Shown here piece after piece: positions 25,528-34,935 of a stretch of 64,000 nt of DNA. A program made the position numbers and the translations under genes. The DNA is from a virus, in IMG/VR virus record IMGVR_UViG_3300023117_002343, positions 11,694 through 75,693 of that record; one strand, written 5' to 3'. Position 1 is the first letter of the stretch. Each line of letters begins with the position of its first letter. The notes beneath the pieces are model-generated. The model was given only the letters and a program-made list of their open reading frames with translations, ran no database searches and was not told the DNA's origin.

Positions 25528-26326
25528 ATTTTCCTCCTGCGGCCGTAAATTGATCAATCCATTTTGGCCACGCTTTTCCAATAATAGACTTACAGTTGCG
25601 TTTTGTGAATTCTTCTTTTAAAGAATCTGCCGCAAAATCGCTCTGTATACAAATTAGGTCTGATTCTTCCACGTCTTTCAGCGTAATAACCTGTCTGGCC
25701 ACTTCAAACTGCTGCCTTCGTTCGGGCTTGGCATCTAAAAATTCGTTGAGTGCTTCAGGTGATGCCGAAAGAACGTCGGCGCGCTTGGCTCCCACACCTG
25801 CTACCCCTGGCACATTATCAGCAGAGTCCCCTTTGAGAGACTTCCATGTGATATAGTCTGTGTGCCATGGTTCCAAGAATTTTTTCTTTTTTGGATGCCA
25901 GAGCCCAACTCTGTCAGAAATAAGCTGAATAAAGTCGCTGTCGGTAGAAACAATAACGACTTGATCCTCTGCATGCACTTTTGTCGCCAGATAACCAATG
26001 ACATCATCACACTCGTATCTGGGATGTTTAATATAGACGAAACCGCTCAATTGCTTGATCGTCTCGAATATCTCGTCTTTTTCCCGATAAAAGTCTTCAG
26101 GCGGCTTATTGGTGCGATTGGCCTTGTAGGAATCAAGCAATACAATGGATTGCACCGGTTTGCCTTCATCGACAATATAAACTAGGCCTGACTGGTGATT
26201 CTTGAGCTCTCCCATTAACATGCGAAAGAAATTGAAATAAATCTTGTGAGGCCCAGATCCAAAGCCGAACCTGGCTCGATGCATAAGATTATGAGAATCA
26301 ATTAGCAGGACTTTTTTGCTTGTCAT
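25517..26326 (-). CDS. 5'-3' exonuclease / flap endonuclease (T4 RNase H-like)
   Basis: LLID..N, ECDDVIG, STDSDF.QL and GDSADNVPGV.GVG. Confidence 0.9.
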   Translation of the reverse strand: MTSKKVLLIDSHNLMHRARFGFGSGPHKIYFNFFRMLMGELKNHQSGLVYIVDEGKPVQSIVLLDSYKANRTNKPPEDFYREKDEIFETIKQLSGFVYIKHPRYECDDVIGYLATKVHAEDQVVIVSTDSDFIQLISDRVGLWHPKKKKFLEPWHTDYITWKSLKGDSADNVPGVAGVGAKRADVLSASPEALNEFLDAKPERRQQFEVARQVITLKDVEESDLICIQSDFAADSLKEEFTKRNCKSIIGKAWPKWIDQFTAAGGKYAV

Positions 26327-26742
26327 GATTGCAACTCGGGCGGCAAGTGTACGCGGGCTCTGGTACCATCATCCAAAATTATGGTGTCAGTTGTTGATGA
26401 AAAAGAACCCGACAATATAGAATTTGTCGGCTGCGGAAATTCCTGAACATCAAATCGCTCTTGAGCTTTTGCTGCAGCTTTTTCCACCAGGCGATCTACC
26501 ATTTCAGTGGCCAGTTGCAACAAGTGACTTCGGGCATCATCGATCCTTTCAAAGACGCCAGCCAGCATATTTTTTTGCTGCCATGACTCCAAAGAAAAAG
26601 TCTCGCCTTCAGCATTTTCACAAACGTGTTGGATTGTCACGCCGTCGATGGTCTCGTCGGTCTGCTTTCGTACCACCTTGCAGGGCTCGACCGTCTTCGA
26701 CTTGCCCACAATAACATAAAGCACCTGTCCAATTCTATACAT
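26323..26742 (-). CDS. Hypothetical protein
   Basis: ORF packing; GGAG RBS. Confidence 0.6.
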   Translation of the reverse strand: MYRIGQVLYVIVGKSKTVEPCKVVRKQTDETIDGVTIQHVCENAEGETFSLESWQQKNMLAGVFERIDDARSHLLQLATEMVDRLVEKAAAKAQERFDVQEFPQPTNSILSGSFSSTTDTIILDDGTRARVHLPPELQS

Positions 26743-27401
26743 CAATTCACCGCTCCATATTCAAAGGTGTATTTGGTTGGAGTTGTTTGCCAGTATTTGA
26801 TTGATTTTTCAATCTTAGCTTTTTTCTTCTGAGCATTTGACGAACATGCTGCGAGTCTTTTGTGCAGCTTGTCGAGTTCCATTTCGTTCTTGCTCAGCAT
26901 TTTACCCCAGAGCACATTGCATTTTGCCGCGGCTTTATGTTTGATCATACGTGACTTGCCACGAGAACCTGATGCCGGTGGGGCAAAATCTTCCTTTGTA
27001 AGATCAGTATAGTGCAACACCACAAATTTTTCAAATTGTTCATCGGCTACAATATACAGATAATCTAAGCTGCCTTTATTGCAAAGGGTAGCCCAGTCAG
27101 TCTGAAAGGAAATTGCGCCAGACTGATGTGGACTGGTGATCTTGCATTCTAGCTCTTTTTGTAGCTGTTTAATTACAATGTCTGGCTCGCCTGTTTTGCC
27201 TGAATTATCAACACCTTTAAAGTCTTGACTTAGCGCTCGAGCAAAAAATTCTTCTTGAGCAGAAGACATCAAGATGTTGCGTCGCCCCCTGTTCTCTTCC
27301 AGCTGTAAGCCAAAATTTTCGTGAAGATCACGCAGCTGATCGTAAAACTGCAGCATGCCCTTAAGAGCTTTTGACACGTGATCTTTTGTAATATAACTCA
27401 T
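26742..27401 (-). CDS. PD-(D/E)xK nuclease-fold protein (restriction-endonuclease-like)
   Basis: GEPDIV...LECK; GAGG RBS and its own promoter. Confidence 0.55.
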   Translation of the reverse strand: MSYITKDHVSKALKGMLQFYDQLRDLHENFGLQLEENRGRRNILMSSAQEEFFARALSQDFKGVDNSGKTGEPDIVIKQLQKELECKITSPHQSGAISFQTDWATLCNKGSLDYLYIVADEQFEKFVVLHYTDLTKEDFAPPASGSRGKSRMIKHKAAAKCNVLWGKMLSKNEMELDKLHKRLAACSSNAQKKKAKIEKSIKYWQTTPTKYTFEYGAVN

Positions 27402-27432
27402 AATAACCTCTTAATAAAGGTAGTACAAATGA

Positions 27433-27461
27433 ATTATAACAACGAATTGGGAGCTTTACAC
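27433..27461 (-). promoter_or_regulatory. sigma70-like promoter GTGTAA-N17-TATAAT
   Basis: Recurrent motif. Confidence 0.7.
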
Positions 27462-27806
27462 TTTTGTGACTGAATCTCTCACTCTTTGAGTGATTTTTTT
27501 GCCGGCTTCAACAGCTTTTGCCATTGGCTCGAGGCCCAATGCAGCACGGACTTGATCGTAGACAGGTCCGTCCAGTTTTTCTTTAAGGACTGCCATGTCG
27601 GCATACTGATGCAGATTCATTTCTATCACTGGCAGCTCTTCACCGTCTTGTCCCGGTTCAAATTCGCCCGTTTCACGCGACTCAAAAATGAATAGCATGC
27701 GTGGCATCTCTTCATCTTCCGGAACTGTAATAAACGGAATATGACTTGACAGACCGTCGCCGTCAGCATCTTCATAAAAAATTTCAGGAACCCAACGTTG
27801 CTTCAT
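27456..27806 (-). CDS. Hypothetical protein
   Basis: 116-aa ORF; AAGGA RBS. Confidence 0.65.
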   Translation of the reverse strand: MKQRWVPEIFYEDADGDGLSSHIPFITVPEDEEMPRMLFIFESRETGEFEPGQDGEELPVIEMNLHQYADMAVLKEKLDGPVYDQVRAALGLEPMAKAVEAGKKITQRVRDSVTKV

Positions 27807-27821
27807 GATTTTCCTTTGCTA

Positions 27822-29144
27822 TCATTGCTTGCGAAGTTTCTTGAAATCATCATAAACGCCTGCATACTCTTCGTAAACTTCAATAAATTCGTCTGCTAAT
27901 TCCCCAAGTCTTTGCTTGCCAGTAGGGCTTATAATATCTTGAACAACTGGATCGTTTTTAGATTTGGGTAAAGCTTTAACTGCATCTTGAACTATGGGAT
28001 TAGCCTTTTCTAGACTTTCATTAAATTTTTCTTTGATTTGTTTTGTTGCCATTTCAAAAGCACTTTTAGCTGCCATAAAAGCTAATTCTTTGTCACTTAT
28101 TGCATTTTGTTTATTGTTTTGGCGCGCTTTTTTGAATTCAGGGTCGTTTATAAGATCTTTGACTTTTTGTTCAGCTTGGTCTAAAAGATCGGTCATTTCT
28201 TTAATTTTTTCTGGCGGTATTTCTTTCTGTTGCGCCATTTTTTTAATGGCCGCTTGAAATTCACTAAAGCTTTTTGCATCGACTATTTGCTTAGTTGCAA
28301 TACTTAATTTCATAGGTTCTATAGTGTTTTTCATTAAATTTATGTCAGCGCTGATCAATTCTTTCGCCGCTGGAATCAATTGATCTTGCATAATGCCATA
28401 ATATTCTAAAACTTCTTCGATCCATTTTTCAGCACTCATATTTGAAAATTTTGCTTGTTCAAGCAAAGCAACTTTACGTTGTTTATTTTCATTTTTTTCG
28501 TTGTCTTTTGAACCTAAAAATAATTTTGCTAATTTAGCATTGATTGTATTAAGTTGGGATAACTGATCATTAAGAGAACCTAGGCCCAAATTTTGCGCGT
28601 CGCGAAACCTTCTTTCATCTTCTTCTTTATCACCAGTTCCCATAAAGCCACCAAAATCAGATGATTTACGCATAATTGATGCCCAGGGCTCGCCAAAAAT
28701 AATTTCTGCTGCATTTTTGCCGGCTCTCAATGAAGCTTCAATTCCCTTAGTTGCCAAATAATTGCCGGGTGCTATAGCCAAACCAATCAGAGGGTCAAAA
28801 GAGCTTATGGCATCAAGATTTTTTTGCACTAAAGGACGCCATTCGTTGTAAATGACATCATGTTTTTTCTTATAAGAATCATAAGCCTTTTGCATTTTCT
28901 CAATGCTTTTAGCATCAGATTTTCCAGAATACAAAAATTTTGCCACATTAAATTGTAGCTGATTCGACATGTCCATGAATGCTAGTTTAAAATTTTTTAA
29001 TATGTCTTTAAAAGCATCTCCAACACTGGCAAAAAAATCTTCTCCGTCATATTCATTAAGCGCTTTGTTTTCTCTCAGGATTCTTTCGTATCTGGTCTTT
29101 GCCTCTAAATAACGAATTTTTTCTGCGACTTTTTTGGATACCAT
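27822..29144 (-). CDS. Helical L/I-x-E protein (putative internal head protein)
   Basis: ILRE, LNE and LLE sites; GAGG RBS. Confidence 0.65.
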   Translation of the reverse strand: MVSKKVAEKIRYLEAKTRYERILRENKALNEYDGEDFFASVGDAFKDILKNFKLAFMDMSNQLQFNVAKFLYSGKSDAKSIEKMQKAYDSYKKKHDVIYNEWRPLVQKNLDAISSFDPLIGLAIAPGNYLATKGIEASLRAGKNAAEIIFGEPWASIMRKSSDFGGFMGTGDKEEDERRFRDAQNLGLGSLNDQLSQLNTINAKLAKLFLGSKDNEKNENKQRKVALLEQAKFSNMSAEKWIEEVLEYYGIMQDQLIPAAKELISADINLMKNTIEPMKLSIATKQIVDAKSFSEFQAAIKKMAQQKEIPPEKIKEMTDLLDQAEQKVKDLINDPEFKKARQNNKQNAISDKELAFMAAKSAFEMATKQIKEKFNESLEKANPIVQDAVKALPKSKNDPVVQDIISPTGKQRLGELADEFIEVYEEYAGVYDDFKKLRKQ

Positions 29145-29151
29145 GTCAACC

Positions 29152-29490
29152 TCACAAGATGCCGGACATCTGCATAGCTCTTATGGAAGACCGACCGGTT
29201 CTGCGCGTGATTCTCTGTCGCGTTTCGGTCAGTGCTTCCTTCTTTCTCAGTTCTTTTTCTACAGCGCGAATTTTGCGGCGCAGGACTCTCAGAACGCCGT
29301 TATAATATATTCTCTCGTCTGATCTCGTACTGGATAGGTCTCGAGTACGCTTGGCGTCTTCCATTCTCGCATGTAAGTCGTCCAGACATGCCTGGCTGTG
29401 ACAGTCCACCAATCGGCCTCGCATGGTCAAGTGCTTGCCGTCGTTTTTGGCCTCTGACAGCAAAATGTCTAGGTGATGCACATCTTGCAT
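29152..29490 (-). CDS. Hypothetical protein
   Basis: LLSE leader; TAATG coupling. Confidence 0.6.
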   Translation of the reverse strand: MQDVHHLDILLSEAKNDGKHLTMRGRLVDCHSQACLDDLHARMEDAKRTRDLSSTRSDERIYYNGVLRVLRRKIRAVEKELRKKEALTETRQRITRRTGRSSIRAMQMSGIL

Positions 29491-30101
29491 TATGCACCTA
29501 CGACAATAACACCAGACGGCTTGGAGCTGTTGATTTTTGGCTCTTTTTTCTTTTTTGCGGCCGGCTTAGCTTCTTTTTCGGCCTGAGCTGGATCTAGAGC
29601 TGCAGAACCGGACTTGACTCCGGCCATCACTTGAGCCAGACTGTTAAGATAGACCAGCACCTGTTGCCGTTCTTCTCTGCCAAGCTTATCGAGATAATCC
29701 TTGAGGTTCTTTCTGACTTCCGGATCCTTGACTGACTTTCCGCCGCGCAAAAGATTGATGTTGTTGGCTATGGCTTTAAAGTCAGGATTCTTGAGTTGCT
29801 TGGCCGTCGGATCCTTCATTTTTTTCGAAGTGGGAGTACCTGGCATCTCTTTGCTTTCTTCTTCGCCTGACTCTTTAGATGTCGTCTTTTTGGGTTTGGG
29901 AGCATCGCCTTTAAGTTTGGCTTCCTCTTCCTGATCCTCTTCGTCAGCTTCTTCAACTTCATCGGTTGACTTATTGTCTCCTGCGCGCAAATCGAGCTTG
30001 TCGACCACGGCTGCCTGCTTTTTCTGCCTGGCTCTCTCGTCGCCCATTGTCTCATTGATTGCTGCTTCAATGATGCTGTCTAGCTGATCAAAAAGGTTCA
30101 T
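29490..30101 (-). CDS. Hypothetical acidic/basic L/I-x-E protein
   Basis: MNLFDQLDSIIEAAINE start inferred. Confidence 0.65.
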   Translation of the reverse strand: MNLFDQLDSIIEAAINETMGDERARQKKQAAVVDKLDLRAGDNKSTDEVEEADEEDQEEEAKLKGDAPKPKKTTSKESGEEESKEMPGTPTSKKMKDPTAKQLKNPDFKAIANNINLLRGGKSVKDPEVRKNLKDYLDKLGREERQQVLVYLNSLAQVMAGVKSGSAALDPAQAEKEAKPAAKKKKEPKINSSKPSGVIVVGA

Positions 30102-30274
30102 TTTCCGTACCTGACCCTCTGCCTGGCATGTTCGCGATATTTTCGGTCCAGCTCCTGACGCTTTTGCCACATCTCATTGGCTTGATGTAGTTTCTGTAGC
30201 TGTTCTAGACGCAATCGGTCGCGATCTGCCAGATCGTCCATGAATTTATCAAAGTAGTTTTTTTGCTCTTCCAT
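30098..30274 (-). CDS. Small hypothetical protein
   Basis: MEEQKNYF start; ATATTTA at 30280-30286 just upstream. Confidence 0.55.
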   Translation of the reverse strand: MEEQKNYFDKFMDDLADRDRLRLEQLQKLHQANEMWQKRQELDRKYREHARQRVRYGK

Positions 30275-30278
30275 GCAA

Positions 30279-30635
30279 CTAAATATCTCGAAAAACAACA
30301 GTTACCTGCCAGGCTCCGTCTTTTTTAATTGCACTGGTGCTTTTGCAGTTTTTTGCTGCGCCAAAAAGGGTCAGATAGGCGTCGGGAGGCAAAGGATTGG
30401 CAAAGTGATGGAGATGCAACACAGGAACTTCTAAAGTGGCTGAGTAGTCGCTCCAGGCTGTTATGTCGTAGGCATATGTCGAATCGCCTAAGGAAAACTG
30501 AGCTTCGTCATTGGCGGTTAGGTCGACTTTGCGGGGCTTTTTTTCAGCGCAAGACTCGTCGAATCTCTCTTTTAATTGATCGCTGACAAAAAAGCTCTCG
30601 GCGTTGAGATCACTGTTGGGAGGTGACGTCGGCAT
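30279..30635 (-). CDS. Hypothetical protein
   Basis: ORF packing. Confidence 0.55.
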   Translation of the reverse strand: MPTSPPNSDLNAESFFVSDQLKERFDESCAEKKPRKVDLTANDEAQFSLGDSTYAYDITAWSDYSATLEVPVLHLHHFANPLPPDAYLTLFGAAKNCKSTSAIKKDGAWQVTVVFRDI

Positions 30636-30972
30636 AAATCTCGTCCACCTTTTGAGCCCATTCGACGTCCAAGTCCGTCACGCGCTCCATCACTTTGGTA
30701 TTGATTCGAATGAGCACCTTTGAGCCGTCAACTAACAGTTTTCCGTGATGCTTCATTGCCTCTTGTAGTTGAATGACGTCTTCCAGAAAGTAAATGAGCT
30801 GCTGAGAGTTTTTGAAAGTGAAGAGCTTCTGCAGTTCCTCTTCCGGATCTTTAATGTGCTCCCAGGTCTGTTCGCTGGGGGTAATCGGCACTTGTCGACC
30901 CGGCGCCTCTCTCAGAATTCTTCGAGGGCGCTCAGAAAAATAGTCGCTCATGAGTTCTTTCAAAATGGTCAC
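30610..30972 (-). CDS. Pterin-4a-carbinolamine dehydratase-like protein (third His replaced)
   Basis: L.K.FTFKN....F.......E..KHH....V.I..NTK....TDLD..A..VD. Confidence 0.65.
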   Translation of the reverse strand: MTILKELMSDYFSERPRRILREAPGRQVPITPSEQTWEHIKDPEEELQKLFTFKNSQQLIYFLEDVIQLQEAMKHHGKLLVDGSKVLIRINTKVMERVTDLDVEWAQKVDEIYADVTSQQ

Positions 30973-30973
30973 T

Positions 30974-32134
30974 TCACACCTTTTCGGCCACGTAAGGATC
31001 CCCTGCAGCCTTTTTAACAATGCCTGCCAGTTTAGACTTTGACATCTTAGAATATCTTTGCAGCGCCGTCTCGATAAAGTCGTCTCCTGAAGTCGCCAGG
31101 TCTTTCATGGCTTCAAAAGAAGAAGCAATTTTTCTCTTAGCCCTCTCGCCTTCTTCTGCCGTCATTTTGCCGCTAGCCACATCTGCATTAATTCTCCTAT
31201 CAACCAGGCTTAATTTGCGAGGCATTTGGCCCATGAGCTGATTGGTGAGAGTAACTTTGGTTTCATCTGAGACGCCCAGATCGTTCATGAAAGCATCCAG
31301 CTCTTTACGGCCACCTCTCTCCAATTCTTTGACTGCCGGCAAAACGATGGCATTGCCTAAAAAATATTTGAAAGAGGGCAGATTCATCACGTGATTTTTG
31401 TTAGCACGTAGCATTGCCAGCTCGTCTTCTTCCAGAACATTGGCCTGATCCAGCACGTCGACGTATTCTCCCGCGGCAAATTCGATCAAAGCGTCTAGGT
31501 CACTTCGGCGCACGTCGCTCAGTCTCGCAATTCTGGCCAACATGCGATACAGGAAATTTTTAACGCCGGATGGCCCTGAAAAGCCGGTCTCTTTTGCGAT
31601 ATCTCCCAGGGTCATTTCGTCGGGAGTACTCGTCGGCATGGCTTTAAAATCGCTCGGCCCAAATTCTTCTTCGAAGTCTTTTTGCATTCTGGCGATTTCT
31701 TCGGGCGGCAACTGTTCTTCGTCCTCCATTGCCTCAACGATCATCTTTTTAATCTTTGCTCTCAGCTTGGATTCCATCACTTCTTCTCCTGCTCCAATAC
31801 CTGCATCTTTCAGTAGTCCCTGATCAACCATCTTTTCAATCTTGTTTCTAACCAGTACGTAAAACTTATCGATTTCTTCGTCTGGTACATATGAGGCCAG
31901 AGTGGCCATGGCTAACTCTAAAGCCTTTTTGCTATTAGGCCTGAAATCTGGATCGTCGACCGGGGGTCGATCCGCTGTCAACTGAGTCGCAACTTGCTCT
32001 CTGGGCACAATAGGCTCAAAGTCAGGCAGTGGTTCATTGGTAATATCTGGGCCTGGTCGATCATAGATGCCGTATGCAACATCGATGTGGCCCCCAGCAG
32101 ATGACTCTACGATTTTTTTCCGGGAGTTTGCCAT
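30974..32134 (-). CDS. Hypothetical L/I-x-E protein with an internal HTH-like segment
   Basis: ESKLRAKIKKMIVE; MTLGDIAKETGFSGPSGVKN; ATATTTA at 32140-32146. Confidence 0.65.
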   Translation of the reverse strand: MANSRKKIVESSAGGHIDVAYGIYDRPGPDITNEPLPDFEPIVPREQVATQLTADRPPVDDPDFRPNSKKALELAMATLASYVPDEEIDKFYVLVRNKIEKMVDQGLLKDAGIGAGEEVMESKLRAKIKKMIVEAMEDEEQLPPEEIARMQKDFEEEFGPSDFKAMPTSTPDEMTLGDIAKETGFSGPSGVKNFLYRMLARIARLSDVRRSDLDALIEFAAGEYVDVLDQANVLEEDELAMLRANKNHVMNLPSFKYFLGNAIVLPAVKELERGGRKELDAFMNDLGVSDETKVTLTNQLMGQMPRKLSLVDRRINADVASGKMTAEEGERAKRKIASSFEAMKDLATSGDDFIETALQRYSKMSKSKLAGIVKKAAGDPYVAEKV

Positions 32135-32149
32135 GCCTCTAAATATTGT

Positions 32150-32629
32150 TCAGTCGACAGTTTTGACAATGTGAGCTGCGCCAATTGCCAGGCCGATTCC
32201 CAATGCGATTCCAAGCGGCACCAGAAAGCCGGCTTCTTCGTACCAGGGTTTTGGCATGTAGTTTTCTCTTAGAAAATCAATCTGTTCCCGATTGATGTCT
32301 GAAATCTTTTTATGCTTTTCTTCTAAGGCCTGCAGTTTGCCATTTGCGATGTCTAACTTTAGCTGCACTTTGCTGACAGCAATTTTAATTTCCGCCGCGG
32401 CTCGAGCTTCTGCTAGCTTCAGGGAGATCATGGTCTTTCGCTCGGCCTCGATTCGTGCTGCCAAGTCTTTACTAAACAAGATGCCTTCGAACGGAGCCCT
32501 GTCGCCTTTGGACAAGGGTGAGACAGCCTCAAAAACGGATCTGGACTTTTCAGGCTCAGCTGCCAGAGCTGCTTGATGCCATGTGGAAAACGTCAAGCAA
32601 AAAATGCACAGCAGAGAAAACTTAGTCAT
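32150..32629 (-). CDS. Signal peptide + coiled coil + C-terminal TM protein (possible spanin component)
   Basis: MTKFSLLCIFCLTFSTWHQAALA leader; C-term GFLVPLGIALGIGLAIGA. Confidence 0.55.
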   Translation of the reverse strand: MTKFSLLCIFCLTFSTWHQAALAAEPEKSRSVFEAVSPLSKGDRAPFEGILFSKDLAARIEAERKTMISLKLAEARAAAEIKIAVSKVQLKLDIANGKLQALEEKHKKISDINREQIDFLRENYMPKPWYEEAGFLVPLGIALGIGLAIGAAHIVKTVD

Positions 32630-33020
32630 TCTCGCTGTCCTGCTCAGGTAAGACAACGTTGACTCCCAGGGTACTACCGATTTTTTCGGCCAGGTCCTCA
32701 TTGCTAGCATTTCGATTGTCTTCAGTTCGGTCCTGCACATCTTTCTTTGCCGCGGCAATCTCTTCGTCTTGTACTTTTTTGGCGTCATCGACTCGATCCT
32801 CGTGCTGCTGGTTTGCATTGGTTATAGCGTTAGAAACTTGGGTGTTGAAATCCTGCTCTGCCTGTTGCGTCTTGTCGGCGGCCTGCACTGTATTTTGCAA
32901 TACAGCATTTCTTTTTCGACGATCCAGTATACTCCAAACGAAGACACCGGCTGCAACTAAAAATCCGATTAGAAGCTGCCAGTATTTTTTGACGAATGCA
33001 GTAAATTTGACCCAAGCCAT
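32622..33020 (-). CDS. N-terminal TM + coiled-coil protein (possible i-spanin)
   Basis: YWQLLIGFLVAAGVFVWSIL followed by a Q/A/D-rich helix. Confidence 0.55.
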   Translation of the reverse strand: MAWVKFTAFVKKYWQLLIGFLVAAGVFVWSILDRRKRNAVLQNTVQAADKTQQAEQDFNTQVSNAITNANQQHEDRVDDAKKVQDEEIAAAKKDVQDRTEDNRNASNEDLAEKIGSTLGVNVVLPEQDSEND

Positions 33021-33022
33021 TA

Positions 33023-33388
33023 TCAGTCTCCAAATGGGTTGTCATGCCCAATAGCCTCGTAGAGATTTTCAGTGTATTTTTCTTCTAGCTGACTTATGAG
33101 CTTTTCTTTCTTTGCTTCGCAATAATCATCGATAATTTTTACCAGTGCTGGATGGCCTTCTGCATACAGACCGGCTAAATGCTCGAATATTTCCTGCATA
33201 GACAAATCTTTGGACACAGCAGCTTTTTTAAAATCAATATGTGTCTTGGCAAATAGAGCTACGTGAACAGATTTTTTACGCTTAGCATTAAGCAGAGCCT
33301 TGACTCTAGCCTCCGCCTTCACCTCTTGCTCCGACCGCGATCGGCGCCGGGGGGAGCTCTTCTTCTTTGCCTTGTTTTGCGATGTCAT
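33023..33388 (-). CDS. Possible ribbon-helix-helix DNA-binding protein (start uncertain; alternative GTG at 33322)
   Basis: KKSVHVALFAKTHIDFKKAAVSKDLSMQEIFE. Confidence 0.55.
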   Translation of the reverse strand: MTSQNKAKKKSSPRRRSRSEQEVKAEARVKALLNAKRKKSVHVALFAKTHIDFKKAAVSKDLSMQEIFEHLAGLYAEGHPALVKIIDDYCEAKKEKLISQLEEKYTENLYEAIGHDNPFGD

Positions 33389-33905
33389 AATCGTCTTCCA
33401 GGATGTCCAGTAAAACGCGCGCAGTGTCCTCACCATAATGATTATTGATAAAAGACTCAGCTTTGTTCAAAATTACTGACTCCCAATCGATTAAATTCTG
33501 ATAGTTTTTGACCAGACGCGCAACGTTGCCGGCAAAAGAATTGAGATCGATGTCTTCAGCCGCGGCTTCAAAGAGCCTTCTGTACACCGTCTCTTCTAGT
33601 TCCTCAGGCCGATTAACGACTGCAGACTTTCTAGCTTCCTCTTCAAAGTCAACTAATAGAGCATTGAGTTCTTGATCAATAGAATCGCTAAGAGCGTACT
33701 CTTCTTCAGGAGTTACATCGACTTCTTCCTCTTCCTGCTCCTCTTCAGCTTCATCTTCGGCTTCGCCGGCTCCTTCAGCTTCTTCCTCTTCGCCCTCTTC
33801 TTCTCCACCGGGTGCATCTTCTTCTGTTTCTTCTGCTTCTTCGTCCTGCTCAAAAAGCATTCGATAAGCCGTCTCTCTAAGAGTGAATCTTCTATTCTTT
33901 CTCAT
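33306..33905 (-). CDS. Acidic L/I-x-E protein (scaffold/core-like)
   Basis: LRE, LFE and LEE sites; Glu-rich linker. Confidence 0.65.
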   Translation of the reverse strand: MRKNRRFTLRETAYRMLFEQDEEAEETEEDAPGGEEEGEEEEAEGAGEAEDEAEEEQEEEEVDVTPEEEYALSDSIDQELNALLVDFEEEARKSAVVNRPEELEETVYRRLFEAAAEDIDLNSFAGNVARLVKNYQNLIDWESVILNKAESFINNHYGEDTARVLLDILEDDYDIAKQGKEEELPPAPIAVGARGEGGG

Positions 33906-34591
33906 TTCATCACCCGAGCAATTTTTTCGCACTTTTTAAATCTGTTTTCGATGACGTCCCAATTAAGTTCTCTCATCATGTTTTTGACGTAGCCTTCGAG
34001 GTTGGCAACGTAATCTCGATAGTAACAACCTTCACTGACGTCTATCACAATAACGGGGATGGCCGAAAAGGGCACACCAGCATCAGCAGTATCAACCACT
34101 AGATTAATGTAGCGCTGCAAGTAAATGCTGTAAGCCGTCACTGCATATCCATCCCGCGAGCTTTTGGCGCAGCCAATAAAGTCCTTTTGCCAATCGTCAA
34201 AGGTACCAAAGTCCCGTGCCAATCTCATATAACACAGCATGTCCATTGTAATAGAGCTGTTGAGATCGCTAATATTGTCCAGAAATTGACCCTGCAGAAA
34301 AGCGTCGTTGATTGCAAAGGACTCAGCAGTTTTGAGATTTCGAAACTTGCTGCTGACCTTATTGGCATTTTCGGGATCTGCACCTTCCAGTTCGGCGCTG
34401 ATCTTGTTGAGTTGTTCGACTGTGTTCTCAAAGTGCTTGATTCTGGCCGACTTGACTTTAGGAGACAGCTTTTCAGTGCTGAGCGAAAACTTTTTAGGCT
34501 CGACCACGTAAGCTTCATTGAGAGCTTGTCTCTTCGGAAGTACGTCGTCAATCGCCTTCAGTACATCATTTTTCAGGTTGGGTTTGCTCAT
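33902..34591 (-). CDS. Fe/Mn superoxide dismutase-fold protein lacking metal-ligand histidines
   Basis: RDFGTFDDWQKDF; PVIVIDVSEGCYYRDY (canonical DVWEHAYY); LNWDVIENRF. Confidence 0.8.
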   Translation of the reverse strand: MSKPNLKNDVLKAIDDVLPKRQALNEAYVVEPKKFSLSTEKLSPKVKSARIKHFENTVEQLNKISAELEGADPENANKVSSKFRNLKTAESFAINDAFLQGQFLDNISDLNSSITMDMLCYMRLARDFGTFDDWQKDFIGCAKSSRDGYAVTAYSIYLQRYINLVVDTADAGVPFSAIPVIVIDVSEGCYYRDYVANLEGYVKNMMRELNWDVIENRFKKCEKIARVMK

Positions 34592-34935
34592 TTGACTTCG
34601 TACTCCTTTTCAAATTCTTTGGCCGACACTGCCATCAGGTCTTCTTCGCTTTCCTCTTCTTCCGGCGCCGGAAAATAATAGAGTGACTCCAGGGAAGAAA
34701 CAGGATCGACCTCATAAAGCACTTTAGACTTTCTCTTGTCGGCCAAGACTGCTTCCTCGCCGGCCGGCTCAAATCTGGGCTTTTCTGGCGCTGCTAACAT
34801 GACCGTGATTTCTCCATCGGGTTCCTGTAGCACTTGATCGACTGTATATTCAAACTGCGAACCTTTGTGGCGGACTTTGAGACCCGGAGAAATAATGATA
34901 TTGCCGCGTTTGTCCTTAATGTCTGTTTCGTTCAT
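34588..34935 (-). CDS. Hypothetical protein
   Basis: MNETDIKD start overlapping the upstream stop. Confidence 0.6.
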   Translation of the reverse strand: MNETDIKDKRGNIIISPGLKVRHKGSQFEYTVDQVLQEPDGEITVMLAAPEKPRFEPAGEEAVLADKRKSKVLYEVDPVSSLESLYYFPAPEEEESEEDLMAVSAKEFEKEYEVK

